Part shown: positions 25,501 to 40,500 of the stretch, one piece after another
Layout of the letters: the number at the start of each line of letters is the position of its first letter
Position numbering within the stretch: position 1 is the stretch's first letter
The notes under the pieces: generated by a model
Database searches by the model: none
Told to the model about the DNA's origin: nothing
Seen by the model: only the letters and a program-made list of their open reading frames with translations
Origin: Phoronis australis
Lineage: Eukaryota; Animalia; Phoronida
Reading direction: 5' to 3'
Length of the DNA stretch: 64,000 nt
NCBI GenBank assembly: GCA_002633005.1
Contig: NMRA01000564.1
Span: forward strand, 209,812-273,811
Program-made: the position numbers and the translations under genes

Positions 25501-28500
25501 GTACATAACCTCAAATGCCCAGTCTCTGATCTCTCAATTTAGTATCCTGGAAACCCCACAGATCTGTTGTGTAAAAAAATCTAATGTACTTTGATGATCT
25601 AGTCTACTCTTTAGCATTTACTGTTAATGTTAATTCTTTTACTTACTTCTAATTTGCAACTTGCTAATTATGCTTAGCTTCGTTTGATTGCATTAGGCCT
25701 AATGATGATCTGTCGGCGTAGATGTGCCATTCGCAGTTGTCACTAGCATTTCATTCATGTTATTCATCTCTTAATTTTAGATGGATAATTTTCTGTACCC
25801 CTTAAGCTTTCCTTGTTATTTATTTGACTACGGTATTCCCCTGGTTATTGGTTCTGGTATGTTGTCCCCGGGTGATGTTTTGTGTTGGTGGTCTGACGTG
25901 TTCAGCTCTCTGCCCATCCTCATTTTGCAAAATTTCTGCCTGAAAGCACCTATTTCTGGTTCAACACTATGCCTCTGAAGACGATGTCTATATTTAACTG
26001 ACTGACGCTCGTATCCCTCCCTAACCCCTCACAACCTCCCTCAAGTAAGCGATTAAAAATTGTTTTTTTCATGCACGAATGACCAGCATTGTTGAGCAAC
26101 AGATGTTGGCACAACCCTTCCTATCTCATTGGTCTTGCCTGTTCAAGCCAGGTAACACCTCCCTGTTGGGTGATTCCATTCTCGCTCGTTAAGAAACTCT
26201 TACCTGTCTGTATAGAGTCAATGTAATCATAACCTACCTGCAAACATGGAGGCTATTAGAATATTGTCCAGCGATATGTTTATCCTTTGTAGCTCTGTGG
26301 TGTTTAAGGTAAGTTTGTTCTAAATGTTATTCATTTGACAAACGAAAAAGCTGATAAATTTTCTTATAATAAGGATTTCTGACCACTTTGCAATGGTGAA
26401 AATTCTCAAGTTTGGGACATCCTTTATAATTTAGGACATCGAAATGGAATTTTTCTTATTCTCTGAAGTTTGAGACTTGTGTTTGTCATATTTATCAAAT
26501 ATTGGACACTGACTTTTATATCAACAGAGTCTAAAACTTGACTTCGCAGTTAACGAAATCGGTGAAAGTTGCTGTCAAGGCAACGTTTTCAAGTGAATTA
26601 TCGTTTTCAGGTGAATTATCGTTTGTGGATGGTTACGATTCTTGAATGTGGGACAACCAATTAATGTTCAGTTGTGTGTATTAAAAATCATTCATCAAAC
26701 ATGATTTTAATCCAGTAGATCATTAAATCTCTGCAAAGACTATCAATACCGTTCCAGCAGTGCTATTGATATAATACAATCACTTTCACTGAGGTCACTA
26801 CCTATGTTGGTTTTCAGACCCCGGAATGTTTGGGGTCTGAAAACAAGCATATTGTCCGCGTGAGGAAGTCGACAATTGCTTTAGTTTACGCTTACCACTT
26901 GTAAGTAATTCGTGGAAAGGGGCTGTTTGTCTTTCTATCACTTTTTCAGCTACCATTTTTTACCCAAAACATGAAGAGATTTGGGAAAAAATGCAGATGT
27001 TTATGTTTGGAATGGACATAAGAACAGTAGATGATAGTTTGGGAAAAGATGTTTGAAGTCATACAACAGTTGTTTTTATTGCAAAGCAATCTACAAATGT
27101 AATTTGGTTTTTTAATGTGATGGCATGTACTGTGTGCATGCTTAAGTTCAAACAAGGGATGTGTATTGAAAGTGGGTGAACATTTTATCTTTTGAAAACA
27201 TTTTTTGCACGTGATGGGAGGAACTGCGATGCCTTGATGGAGGTTTGCATTCACAGAGTTATTTAAATTTTACTGTTATTTGAAAACAAACATGAGAATC
27301 CGGATTGACCTAAAAAGGCTCAAAAGAGTATCCGAGTTCTATGGTGTGATGGTGGCGCATTAGCAAAGTAGTAGCTTACAACAAGGAGATAATAGGTTTG
27401 TCTATATCTTCACAGTGATTTTTTAAATTAAAAAATGCATTACTATAGAAGTGGTCAGTATAAGTAAGAGTGCGAGTTATTGGCTCCCAAATACTGGCCG
27501 CCGGTGTGTTTATAATTACTGTACATAATCTTTCCAAATTATAAAATAATTGTATTTAAATTGCTTGTGGCTGGGAGGTTTTTGCGGCACTCGGCCTCTC
27601 GAGCGCTTTCAAGTCTATCAGGGTAAATCCACTTGACTGGAATGTTATGTAAATGGCCATCCACAGATGCTTGTTAACATCATTAATCGAGGGAATAAGC
27701 TCACTAAAAGCTCATAATTACCAACATTATCATGGAAACACTACCCAAACCTGTATAAATTGAGGCATCTTCTGTTGATTTGCTCTGCAATTCGTCAGGA
27801 AGGTGCAAATTTTCTTAGAGCCCAATTATCAGGTGATTGTCTTGTATTGCTTTGCTAGCTGTATTCTCTATTGCGTGTGCTCTGAGTAAGGCACCTTGCT
27901 ACCTACTATGCATTTATATTTTGTTTACGTAAACATATCGTGTAGAAATAGTTTGTACAGCATAGGCACCTGCATATCTTGCTCGAATGCTTGAAGATTT
28001 TTGTGAATTTTGCTTACTAAAGGCTAAAAATCTCGTGACTTAAATTTGATAAGGAAATTTCTTTACTTAACTGAAGTTCGTGATCTGTTCTTGCTAACAC
28101 ATTAAATCCACCTTGCGTTACTGAAGTCAACTTTTGGTTTAGATGTCTAACCGTCGTTAATATCTCATTTCAGAATGATGGCAGTGGCTGGAAACAGCAT
28201 GGAAATTTGGACGCCAACGTCAGAAAGCAAGGGGGTCTCCTCAAGAAACATCAGACGAGTTTCTCACACGAGGTAACGCATTACGAACCGCTCTTCCCGT
28301 TTGTGTTGTGGATATTCTTTAAGGTTGTATATTACCCTAGAAAAATGTCCAAATTTGGTTAACTCCGAAACATCGTATCTCAAAGATGGTTGATGGATTC
28401 ATAGTAAAGCTTTCGTATAGTGAGCTTGATACCCTGTTCTCCAAACACTGTAAGGAATTGCTTTTGTGATGTTCTACTTTAGCTTGGGTGGCTCTAAAAA

Positions 28501-31500
28501 ATTAGAAATTTATTACTTTTATGATAAAAAATCAAAAGTTGAATGAAGGGAATCAATACTATGATTTATCTTCTGTTCTCTCAAAATTCTGTTGGGGAAG
28601 GTGTTTTTAAATAGTCTAGTTTTGCGTGAGTGGTAATCAAAAATAAGACTTTTGTGATTTTCGTGAAAGAATGTGTTAAAGTTGATTAAAACATAATCGA
28701 AATATTATAGGAAACAGTAACAGTATTTTTAAAGTGGTGATATTCTGCAGTATGTTAAGTTTCTTGGATTATTGAATGACAGTTTTCACATGTTTGGATG
28801 TCGTGTGTGGTCTGATCTACAGTTTTTCCAAGGGACATGCTGGTTGCTTTTTTCCTTTAACCGGTTAAGCATTTTAAGTTGTTCACCTGTTGTCCATAAA
28901 CGTTAACTTGTGCCAAATGTGTGCAACACTGCTGCTGGCTTGCCAACTGTCTTATGAGAAACACATCCTCGCTATGCCTGAGTTGTAACCAGTCGGTCAC
29001 ATTCTCACTGGAAGGAAATTATTACATTACTGTATGAGTCATTAATTGAATTCTGTGAGTTGATATGATGTTAATGGTTTGCGCTGAGGCCAGGTTTCAC
29101 ATCCTGTGCTAGCCGGCAGGCTTTGACCATTGTGTCAGTATTTGAATATGAAGATGAGACCAAAATGGCATCGTTCGTTCTGATCTTTTCCCCGACTCAT
29201 TTCGAGACCTTCACTCTCTGACGAAGAACATCGGCTCCAGTTTCACGTAAGGTCGTGTATTTTTTTGAAAAGCTGCACAAAGGCAGGGCTTGATGAATGC
29301 CAGACGATGAGAAAAAAATCTTACGCCATTTTCATCGTCTTTGTTGCAGCTAAAAAATACCCTACCACCAACTCAATTTTCAAAAAAGCAAACCAGAACC
29401 AGCTGTGTTTTGGCCTCAAAGAACCTTTTCTTGTCACTGTGGTGACCATGTTCGCTTGTCTTAATGCTGAGCATTGATAATGCTAGTACTTCGCTTAAAC
29501 TGCTTTTCTTTCAAACTTATGTTGCACGTGGATTTGTGCTTTTTCGGTTGCCTTGTCGATGTCGGTATTCTTGTACACAGATGTGCACTTTGGTGCCTTC
29601 ATAACATTCTGTAGATTTTTTGTGCCATCCATTTGCGAAAACCAACCTTTTTTGCAGCTTATCAAAAAAATTGATTTAGGCAGATCCATAATACCATTGA
29701 GAGGTGGAATTTGCACCTTTCCTTGCTGAAGTCAAAATTTAGGCTGCAGTCACTAAAATGTACAACTGAAGGTAAATCGAAACAGTTGTATTCATGTCAC
29801 CTGTTGATCAGACATACAAAGTTAAATTTTATTAATAAAGTTATGTGCCAGATGTTTCCACCAATCCCCGTGGCTGAAAAATATATAACTTTCCAGTAAA
29901 AAGGTGTTAAACCTTCATCTGTAAAAATTGGAGAAATGCAGTCAAAAGATAAATATTTGTTTCACTGGTTACAAGAACACGTGGATTATAAATAGCATCT
30001 CAATACTTGTATGAGCCAAGTGGCTGTGCGTGTATTGTAACTTTTTGTTTTTGTTTCTTTGTATATAAAGTGTGAGTGAATTATGAAAAAACAGCTTGGC
30101 TAACAATTGCTCAAAGTGTTTAGAGCAGTCTGTATTTTGGAAAAGACAAAAGTTCACATCTTGTATCTCAAGGTTTCCTTTTGTTGCAGTCCATCAACAA
30201 GATAGACGCAGAGTTTAGTGAACCTCAGTTGTCTCAGGCCAGCAGTGCCAACAGCATCAATAAAATGGAAACCAATCACAACCGGGGTCAACCAGAACTT
30301 GGTCGGGTCGCTAGCTGGCAGTTCTCATTTGAGAAATTGTTGCAAGATCCCGCCGGCTTAGCTACATTCACGGTGAGTGTTGCTGCATGTTAACTGCCTT
30401 GTGATTGAAAATTAGATTCCATGATTCTCCATCGGTACTATGAGCTTTGAATGAAAAATGTGCATAGAGCGTGACTTTGACCTTTCACCCCTTTGTGACT
30501 TTGACCTTTCACCCCTTGTGAGTTGAGACTAGGTTTTTGTTGTTTCTCATGTAAAAATGTTTACTCTTTGTACCAATGTACCGTTTGTTTTCCTTTTATG
30601 GTAAAGTGTTGTATTGTAAAAATCCTTCAATTTGGGACAAAACTAAAATTTCTCCATATTTCTATTTTTCAGAGGCTTACCACATTGTTGCAAACGCTCA
30701 AAATTTTTGCCTAATGTTGCTTGGTAATAGCTGCACCGTCCATACCATGCTAAAAGCAAAATAGATTTTCCAGAAAAGTTATTTGTTGAGGAAGGTTACA
30801 AAATTAAATTTCTCCTGTCTGCCATATTGTATCCCAAAGTGACGAATTTTTATGCAATGATAGCAGTAGCAGTAGTTTTAAATTTGCGATATTTATAGTT
30901 AATAATTTATATTATCTCCCATGTTCAGGAGTTCCTCAAGAAAGAGTTCAGCGAGGAGAACATCCTATTCTGGATAACGTGTGAAACGTTCCGCCAGATC
31001 ACGGACCCGGAGCTGGTGCGGCTCAAGGCTAACGAAATCTTCCAGCGCCACCTTGCCATTCGGGCCACAGAGCCAGTTAATATTGACAGTACAGCTCGCA
31101 AGACGGCAGAACAACACTTGGATAATCCCACAAATCAGATGTTTGCACTAGCGCAGCGCCAGGTCAGTCTATTGAGTAGATGCAATTACACCTTCATGTA
31201 TTACAGTTTAAATGGGAATCTAATCTATTTTGATGCCTTTTTGCTCATTGTGGCATATTTAACCTGTAACAAAAGGTCAGTTGGTGAATATTAGACATCT
31301 AGTTGATAAATATTATCAAAAAAACTTGAAACTAATACTGGACTTGCATTTTTATTGAGCGATGTTGTGTCCTCTTTATGAGGACTTTCACTAGCAACTA
31401 CCGTGGTAGTTTTCGGCTGGTGACGTAATCAGCAGGGAAAGACGCAGCATTGCTCAGTTGAAATGTAAGTCTAGTATTATTTCGATTTTTTATTGTAATA

Positions 31501-34500
31501 AAAGGTATTTTGAACCTTTTCTCAAGATTTCTATAAAAATAACACGCGAAGTGATGACACGGTGAGCAATTAACGAAAATGTCAACTGTTCCTAGTTAAA
31601 GCTGACTTTTGCCGTGTTTGACTGACTGAAAAACAAAAATCGAATTGCGCCTTTTACTCATAAAATCAGTCTCATAATATGCCACTAGTGACCTTTGATG
31701 TTACTATGCGCATTTCAACGCTTTCCTTATTTGCTCTTGATATAAAAAATAGTCTAAAAAGATACAAAGTAGAGAATATTGATCAAAAACACTTAAAAAG
31801 TTAGCATTCTCCTAAATTGTCCCAAACTGGAGAATTTATATCGTGTCTGGTGTACAAGTAGAAAATTGCAATATTCACCGTTTTCTCGCTTTATGTAGAT
31901 CTTCCAGTTAATGAAGCATGACAGTTACTCACGGTTCCTGAAGTCCGATCTCTATAAAGAGTGCGTCCTCTGTGAGGTACACGGTCGCGACCTGCCCCAC
32001 ACTGGGCTAGATGATCCGTCCAAGGACACCAGTCAGAGCAAGGTAAGAGTGACTTACTTACTGGATACCAGGAGGAGCTGTGTTGGTTTTCATCTGCGCG
32101 TGTTGCCCCTGCACCGAAAACTATGCGATATTTTTTTACTATTTTTTGGGAAATTTTTAATGAAAGTGTTTCCCCATCTGGTTCACTTTTAAGCTAATGC
32201 TTTCAGATTAAAAACTTAAAGCTTTTATTGTAAGTATTTAAAAACTCGTTGTGTTTTTTAAGAACCGTCTTCGGATATCGGGGTATATTGGACCTGATAT
32301 TTAAATGTATATTTTGTTTCTAAGCAGGTCATATTTGGCCGTCGCTTTGCCTTGATTTGTTTTTCATTGCAGATTTGTAGTATCTCTTGTTATTGAAATA
32401 TTTTAGACTATAATTTTCGTAATTGTATCATAAAACCCTGACAGCTTTTGTATCCTTCGAGGAGGAATTGAGGCCTAGTGGGATATGTGTACACTTCCTT
32501 TACTCAAGGTCGTGGATTCGAGTCCCACTGGGCACACTGCCAGAACCCTTGAGTCAGGTGTCTAGCTCCTCAGCTCCATATTAACTATGTATTAATAGAG
32601 CATACAACTGGTTCAGGGCTTGGAATTTTCTGCGGAAACGCGGATTTCTGCTTTTTTGAAATGTGCTTTCCGCTTTTTTTATAATATTTCCGCGTAAAAA
32701 AATCGGATTTGATATGAAATGTCCGCGGCAAATTCCTTTCTTACCGCGGCGTTGCAGACGACGTTCACCTCGGAAAGTGGAAGTTGCTCTTTATGTTTCG
32801 GAGGAAAGTAAATTGTCAACATTGCCGGGGCATCTGGGTAAAGGGTGGTGTGATTTTCAATGGCGGCTCGCGTTATTGTTAAGCGCGGCGACAAATACTA
32901 CCGCTCTGCAGCCAAAATTGTGTGGGTTGGGAGTGGACGGGCGAGCGAAAAGGACGCAACGCAGACGCATGCTACTGATGGTGGTAACGTTTTTTTTTTT
33001 AGTCCTCCCGATTTTTGTCGCAGAAAGGTTCACATTGACCGTAAAAGTTTCCGCGGTTTTTGTCATTGGTCATTCCAAGCCCTGCTGGTTCTATGTGATC
33101 AGTGCAATGGGCACACATGAGTGGCTTGCGCACATCTTGTTCATATACCAGACCGCCAGAAATTATTTTTATACATCCTTGTACATATGTATTTTATGTT
33201 ACATTTAGGTGAAGAAGTCCAAATCTTCTTCATCCAATGGTACAGGGGGTATAGAGGAGGTGGAGAAAGAGAGACGCAAGTCATTTCTACCTTGGAATCG
33301 CAGTAAGTAGCCTTCTCCCTTCCGATGCCGTGGTCGGCCAAGTGCATAGAGATTTTCTTATTTATGTGGAGTTTGCAAAAGAACATTGAAATTATCTGCT
33401 GATAGGACTGTCCTTGAAATATTTGTTTGTTTCCTGTTCCCCTCCCCAGCACCCCTCTGAAATGGGTGTGTGGGTAGGTGAAATGTGTAATTTTATGTGG
33501 TGGACATGCATCATGTATGGCTGATATCACTGTGTTCATTTTTGGCCATAAGATGAGTGCAAAATTGACGACCAAGGTTTGATAAACTTCCATCTTAATT
33601 CCAAATACTCGACATTTGACAACATGTAATGAAGATGGAATTTTGTAAAACCTAGATCGTCAGTTTTATCCCGATATCAATGGCACGGTAAATGATTTTA
33701 AGGTTGTGTATGTTGTACCCTAAATTTGGAATGTGAAATCTCAGACATGTATGTTCGGATTGGTATGTAACTCTCAGGTACTGAGCTTTGTGCACTGATT
33801 TCCAAAACTCTGTTAGATATTGGTTTTAAAATGTTCAACCTTAACACGGGTGCGTATAAAAACAGCATTTTTATGATTTTCGTGAAGAACTGAAAAGTTG
33901 AATAAAAGGAATCGAAATGATATACCTTTCCTTTTTTGCTAAAGTTTACTCAAAAGACATTCTCACACAGCTCGATTAATGGCAGATTGGTATAAAATCA
34001 AAAACCAAATTCTACAGGCTTGCTACTTTACAAAAATACGTACTTTTAGTTAAAATCTATAGTTTTGTAGGTATTTGGCTGAATTCACAGACGTGTTGAT
34101 TGTTGGTATGGTCTTACGTAAACTTAATATTTCATCTTGGAGAATGTTAAGATTAACACTGATCCTAATGTCCACTTTTCATGGTTGTATTTACAGCTTA
34201 AACATGGAATTTTTTGTTGCGTTACATGTAAAATGTTTTGAGTGGCATATGTACTGTATGGTCGATGACAAGAGGGAACACAAACTCATTACTGGTAACT
34301 AATGGTTACCGTTCGTTAAGTACCTAGCAGTCACGTGTTGAGAATTTCCACTGAATTTCCTCGACTATGTAAATGCTCAAGGTACCCCGCCAATTATGGC
34401 ACACCAGGTGTTCCTACACTTTCTAATCTAATTTTTCTATCTTTACGATGTATCGTCTCCTGTGGTCAAGAGTATGTCTTTCCTGCGGTCTGGAAATTGT

Positions 34501-37500
34501 CAACATTGTAAAAAATGTACAAACTAGTGTTACCAATTAATTAGATATTAATGGATATGGGGCACACGTAGGTAGATGTCTGCAGGGACACAGTTTCTAC
34601 ACGTACTGTCGCAGCCTAACCTCATTTACAGGTGTTACCAGGGGACTGTGATTAGTAACATCTTTTGTGGTTCACTTGATAATTGTGTGCTGACTGATAA
34701 AAAGCTTTGGTGGCAGACGTGTTCTTAGTGCAAAGTGGAGTTTTCAATTTCCGNCTTTACTCAAGGTCGTGGATTCGAGTCCCACTGGGCACACTGCCAG
34801 ACCCCTTGAGTCAGGTGTCTAGCTCCTCAGCTCCATATTAACTATGTATTAATAGAGCATAAAACTGGTCCTACGTGATCAGTGCAATGGGCGGACATAA
34901 GTGGCTTGCGCACATCTTGTTCATAATACCAGACCGCCAGAAATTATTTTTATACACCCTTGTACATATGTATTTTATGTTACATTTAGGTGAAGAAGTC
35001 CAAATCTTCTTCATCCAATGGTACAGGGGGTATAGAGGAGGTGGAGAAAGAGAGACGCAAGTCATTTCTACCTTGGAATCGCAGTAAGTAGCCTTCTCCC
35101 TTCCAATGCCGTGGTCGGCCAAGTGCATAGAGATTTTCTTATTTATGTGGAGTTTGCAAAAGAACATTGAAATTATCTGCTGATAGGACTGTCCTTAAAA
35201 TATTTGTTTGTTTCCTGTTCCCCTCCCAGCACCCCCCTCTGAAATGGGTGTGTGGGTAGGTTGGACGTGCATCATGTATGGCTGATATCACTGTGTTCAT
35301 TTTTGGCCATAAGATGAGTGCAAAATTGACGATCAAGGTTTGATAAAATTCTGTCTTAATTCCAAATACTCGACATTTGACAACATGTAATGAAGATGGA
35401 ATTTTGTAAAACCTAGATCGTCAATTTTATCCCGATATCAATGGCACGGTAAATGATTTTAAGGTTATGTATGTTGTACCCTAAATGTGATATCTCAGAA
35501 ATGTATGTTCGGATTGGTATGTAACTCTCAGGTACAGAGCTTTGTGCACTGATTTCCAAAACTCTGTTAGATATTGGTTTTAAAATGTTCAACCTTAACA
35601 CGGGTGCGTATAAAAACAGCATTTTTATGATTTTCGTGAAGAACTCAAAAGTTGAATAAAAGGAATCGAAATGATATACCTTTCCTTTTTTGCTAAAGTT
35701 TACTCAAAAGACATTCTCACACAACTCTATTAATGGCAGATTGGTATAAAGTCAAAAACCAAATTCTACAGGCTTGCTACTTTACAAAAATACGTACTTT
35801 TAGTTAAAATCTATAGTTTTGTAGGTATTTGGCTAAATTCATAGACTTGTTGATTGTTGGTAAGGTCTTACGTAAACTTAATATTTCATCTTGGAGAATG
35901 TTAAGATTAACACTGATCCTAATGTCCACTTTTCATGGTTGTATTTACAGCTTAAACATGGAATTTTTTGTTGCGTTACGTGTAAAATGTATCGAGTGGC
36001 ATACGTACTGTATGGTCGATGGCAAGATGGAACACAAACTCATTACTGGTAACTAATGGTTACCGTTCATTAAGTACGTAGCTGTCACGTGTTGAGAATT
36101 TCCACTGAATTTCCTCGACTGTGTAAATGCTCAAAGTACCCCGCCAATTATGGCACACCAGGTGTTCCTTCACTTTCTAATCTAATTTTTCTATCTTTAC
36201 GATGTATCGTCTCCTGTGGTCAAGAGTATGTCTTTCCTGCGGTCTGGAAATTGTCAACATTGTAAAAAATGTACAAACTAGTGTTACCAATTAATTAGAT
36301 ATTAATGGATATGGGGCACACGTAGGTAGATGTCTGCAGGGACACAGTTTCTACACGTACTGTCGCAGCCTAACCTCATTTACAGGTGTTACCAGGGGAC
36401 TGTGATTAGTAACATCTTTTGTGGTTCACTTGATAATTGTGTGCTGACTGATAAAAAGCTTTGGTGGCAGACGTGTTCTTAGTGCAAAGTGGAGTTTTCA
36501 ATTTCCGATGTAATTTTGCTAAAGGGTATTTGCGAACAATGTGATTATAATTTTTGTTGGCCTTTTAGCAGTTACCTTAAAAGTTAGATGCAGTCACACT
36601 TTAAATGTCTTATGGGAACATCATTTTTCCCTGAAAACAAAACCTGGCAACCAATAAGTTGTTGGGTTTTATTACGGTCAGAATCACTGTCCAGCAGTTG
36701 ATGAAAAGACTGTCAAGATGTCACTGTCTTTGTAACTCACAAACAGGCGAGAGCAGCCCATGAGATGATGCTTATTCTAGACTGTAACCTTGACTTTAAT
36801 GTCTATCAAAATCGAGCATTGATTATATTTTCTCGTTTCTCATGTTTCTCACTCTGTGCTGGAAAGCAGGAAAACATGGAGAATGACTACAGGGTAAAAA
36901 CTGAAATACGTGGAAAATTACCATTATATTTTTGTTGGAAAAACAACTTGTCTGTGGAAAATGAAAATTATCGTGTGGAAAACTTGTAGAAAATACACAA
37001 TACGAAAAAATGAGTCGTGGTTGCAGGGAATTGAATTCTGTCTTTGATATGCAGCGCAGGTTTAAAGTGGAAAAACTCTGAAGTTAGTGGAAAATTACAA
37101 TTCTATTTTTGTTGGAAAAATAAATTGGCTGTGGAAAATGAAAATTATAGTGCGGAATACTGATAGAAAATGGAAACAATATGAAAGTGAGCCGTGGTTT
37201 TAAGGGTCTTGAATTCGGCTTTTGATGTTCAGTGCAGGTGAAACTTGCCGGCTAATTACTTATCTCCGTGATTGCTTGGCCAGATTAGTTAGAAACACAA
37301 CATATGGCGATGATGTGCATATGAAGTAGGGTTTAAGAAATTTACAAAATGTTTTTAAGAACGATTGCTGTGTCGAAAATGATCCACCACAAATCATTGA
37401 ATCGTGTCAAGTAATTATCGTGACGTGGTAATGGAGAATGGCACTGCATGATGCGGACTACGTGAGCCTGTAAGGTGCGTCACTAGTACAAAGGTCACCT

Positions 37501-40500
37501 ATTCGCAGATTTTTTTTTCCACATTTACAAGTTGTCAATGAATACAACTGCACTTTGTTAAGCGTAGATGATGTCAAAATGGCATTGTTGTTTAGTTCCT
37601 GCTATACATTACTAGAGTTAGGAGCATGCAAAAATGTCTTTGAGGTTGTGTGTATTATATGTAAATGGATGGGATACAACATAAATGCAGGAGCAATGCA
37701 TTGAACTTAGATTGAGCAGTTTGATGTGGGAATGTTCCCTTTGTTAGGTTGGAGTGTATTGTATGTGTGTTGTGTGCTATGGCTATTTGTAACAAGTGCT
37801 GAGGAACTTGTTGAGAACTCATGTGGTATTAAAGTAAAGGTTCATCCAATTAGAACACAATATGGTAGAACAGTAAAATTTTATATGATTATAATTTTCA
37901 ACAAGAGTAAACACGATGATAATTTTACTTGTTTAATTGAAAACTTTTTGTAATAGTACATTTGTCACCAGCCAACACCCGATGAAATTTTGAGCATTTT
38001 TGCTAAAGGCAGTGGGTGTGCGTGAAAAATAAAAATGACAATTTTGGCCATTATTTTAGTTCTAATTAAAGGAAGCTTCACCGTACTTAATGAACTTTTC
38101 CAACTTATTACGACAAAATAAATCGGTATAAACTGTGAAACATACTGTTGCATCCGTCAAAACACAAGTCAGTCTCTCTATTACGAGAGCCTCTTTAACA
38201 CCGGAGTTACCAGTTGTCAGCACCTACACTTGTCTGTTTGTCATCTTCACTGGTGTTGAGATGTTGAGTGTGCCTTAAAATGTGATCACTGACGTAATAC
38301 GTAAAGGTTGCTGTCAGTTTTTTTTGCACCCACATATTTATATGTGGTCGCATATAGACGTCATCTCTGTCAGGGCTTCCGACGTCTGGTGTCTGGCATC
38401 CGCAGCTGTATCTCCTAAACCCCTTACAGGATCTTGATGAGACTTGTCCCCTAGTGGCAATTTAAATTTTTTACGCTTGCCTCTATCTTCGGAGGTCCTC
38501 AATGGATTTTCATAAAACTTGACAGTTAGGCATCTATTAGTGAGATGACGCTATCCTCCCATTTTCGAATGGATTCAAGGTATTTTGTGGCCCCTGGTTG
38601 CCATTTTTACTGTTTTCAAGTTTGTTTTTTTTTTAGCATCAATCAAACCACTCTAATGATTGTGAAAATTGGCATACATGTTCTTACTGTGAAGAAGTCA
38701 GCTCACAATGATTTTCCGACGACTTCGAATACTGAGGTGCATTTTTTTTTTGCGCCTATGGCTGTATCTCCTAAACGCTCTACAGGATCTTTATTAAATT
38801 TGAGCAAGTGTATTTATATGAAGTTGACAAGGGACAACGAGTTTCGTACAGATCAGACTACCGGTGTGCCCTCTATTGGCAATTTTATTTTTTTTACGTT
38901 TACCCCTGTATCTTCAAAGGTACTCGATGGATTTCCATAGAATTTGGCATATATTGGTGAGATGACGCCATCCTGGGATGGAGTGGAGGTGTTTTGCACC
39001 ACCTAGTGGCCATTTTTGCTGTTTTCGAGTCTCTTTTTTGGCGTTCACTCCTATATTAACCAAATCATTCTAAGGATGATTTTGAAAATTGGCGTATATG
39101 TTCTCAGTATGAAGAGGACGGATTGACAATGACGACTTTGACTACTGCGGTGCCTTCTAGTGGTAGTGTTTTGTTTTGTGCCCATACCTGTATCTCCTAA
39201 ACCCACTGCAGGATCTTTATTAAATTTAATAAGTGTATTTATATGAAGCCAGCAACAGATGACTACGGCTTTCAGGTGGATCCAACGAACGCTGTGCCCC
39301 CTAGTGGCAATTTCATTTTAATCCGTTTTCCTTTGTTTTGCTGAAGTTCCATGACAGATTTGTTTGAAATTTGGTGAATAGCTTCCTATGAAGGAAGTGA
39401 TGGCATGTTCCCATTTTCGGATGGATTAGGACATTTTTGCGCCAGCCAGAGGTCATTTTATGATACATATAAACAACCCTAGAAGCACACCATTTGCGGT
39501 ACATTCGTGGGCGCATTTCAACGCTCCGCATTGCTCTTGTTTCAGAGAACGTACTGCAAGGAACGTAGTTTTTAGAGTTGTATACCAAAGAGTAGTTCAT
39601 TTTGGTCTGTACCCCTAATCATTTTTAAACCCATGCTCACTTCTTAAAAAAGAGCCCTTCCAGATCCATTTTGGCCAACAAGGATCAGAACTATTTTTTA
39701 AAAACCACAGCCACGAAGTATGGTTTTAAACACTGTTTCTTGTCTAGTTAGTAATGTTGCAACTATTAACCGACTTGTTGCTGTTATCGTCCCTAAAGAA
39801 ACAGAAATCGATTTAATGTCAGTGAGGTCGATTTTGTGATCGTGTTAAAAATAAAACATTAACCTCGGTAATAGATAAATGTATGTATGGTATTGGTAAA
39901 TAAGTTGCATAATCGAGTCAAGGTTACCTTGGCCTCGCGCAAATCTACCTCTGGCTGGGCAGTGACATCTGTTGTTCACTAAAGAAACAACATCCGTGTT
40001 TTTGATCCAGTCTGATATTGCCTGTATTATAGCAAGCAGCCTTATTAGTATTCGGTGACAATGCACTTAAAACCGATTCAAAATCGAATCAGAATGATTT
40101 GCAATGAATGGATTATGAAAGATTTTCCAATGCCCTCTGCCTCTAGTGAAGCATAAACATGTAAATATTACGCTACCTTACACGCTCACGGTGAAACAAG
40201 TGAGGCAGGAAATGTGTTCAGGAAACACAGGAGAAACGCAATGGCAGTTTGTAAAGGAGTTATATTGGTTATCCGGTAGAGGGATATGAAAATAGGAGTG
40301 TTGTTTTGTAGGGCATGCCTTAGTCAACATGTTGGTCTCTCGTTTATTGTAGAGAACAGTTTTTGTTTGTCATATGCCAATCTTTTGCTTGATGAGTTGT
40401 AAATGTTGAAATTGCCAAATGTAGGCTCAAAATTGAGAATTGCAGTGTAGAGAAATATTGGAAGTAGTGCTAGATGGCTTGAAGTATGGAGCGAGGCACT

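Larger units (their letters stand above)
32498..36507. repeat. Tandem duplication 32498-34753 / 34755-36507 separated by a single N; probably two haplotypes assembled in tandem
   Basis: Both copies begin ctttactcaaggtcgtgg and end ttttcaatttccg. They differ by SNPs, small indels and one MITE. Confidence 0.9.

Noticed and set aside
30471-30517. Short direct repeats (gtgactttgacctttcaccc x2; also cgtgtctcaaa..catcttg x2 at ~2232-2281)
   Set aside because: Simple local slippage duplications with no further evidence of function
32461-32535. Functional tRNA gene
   Set aside because: Only A/B-box-like remnants; no pairing acceptor or anticodon stems
32663-33208. 181-aa ORF and overlapping ORFs
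   Set aside because: They lie within a non-coding MITE; no transposase or other recognisable motif
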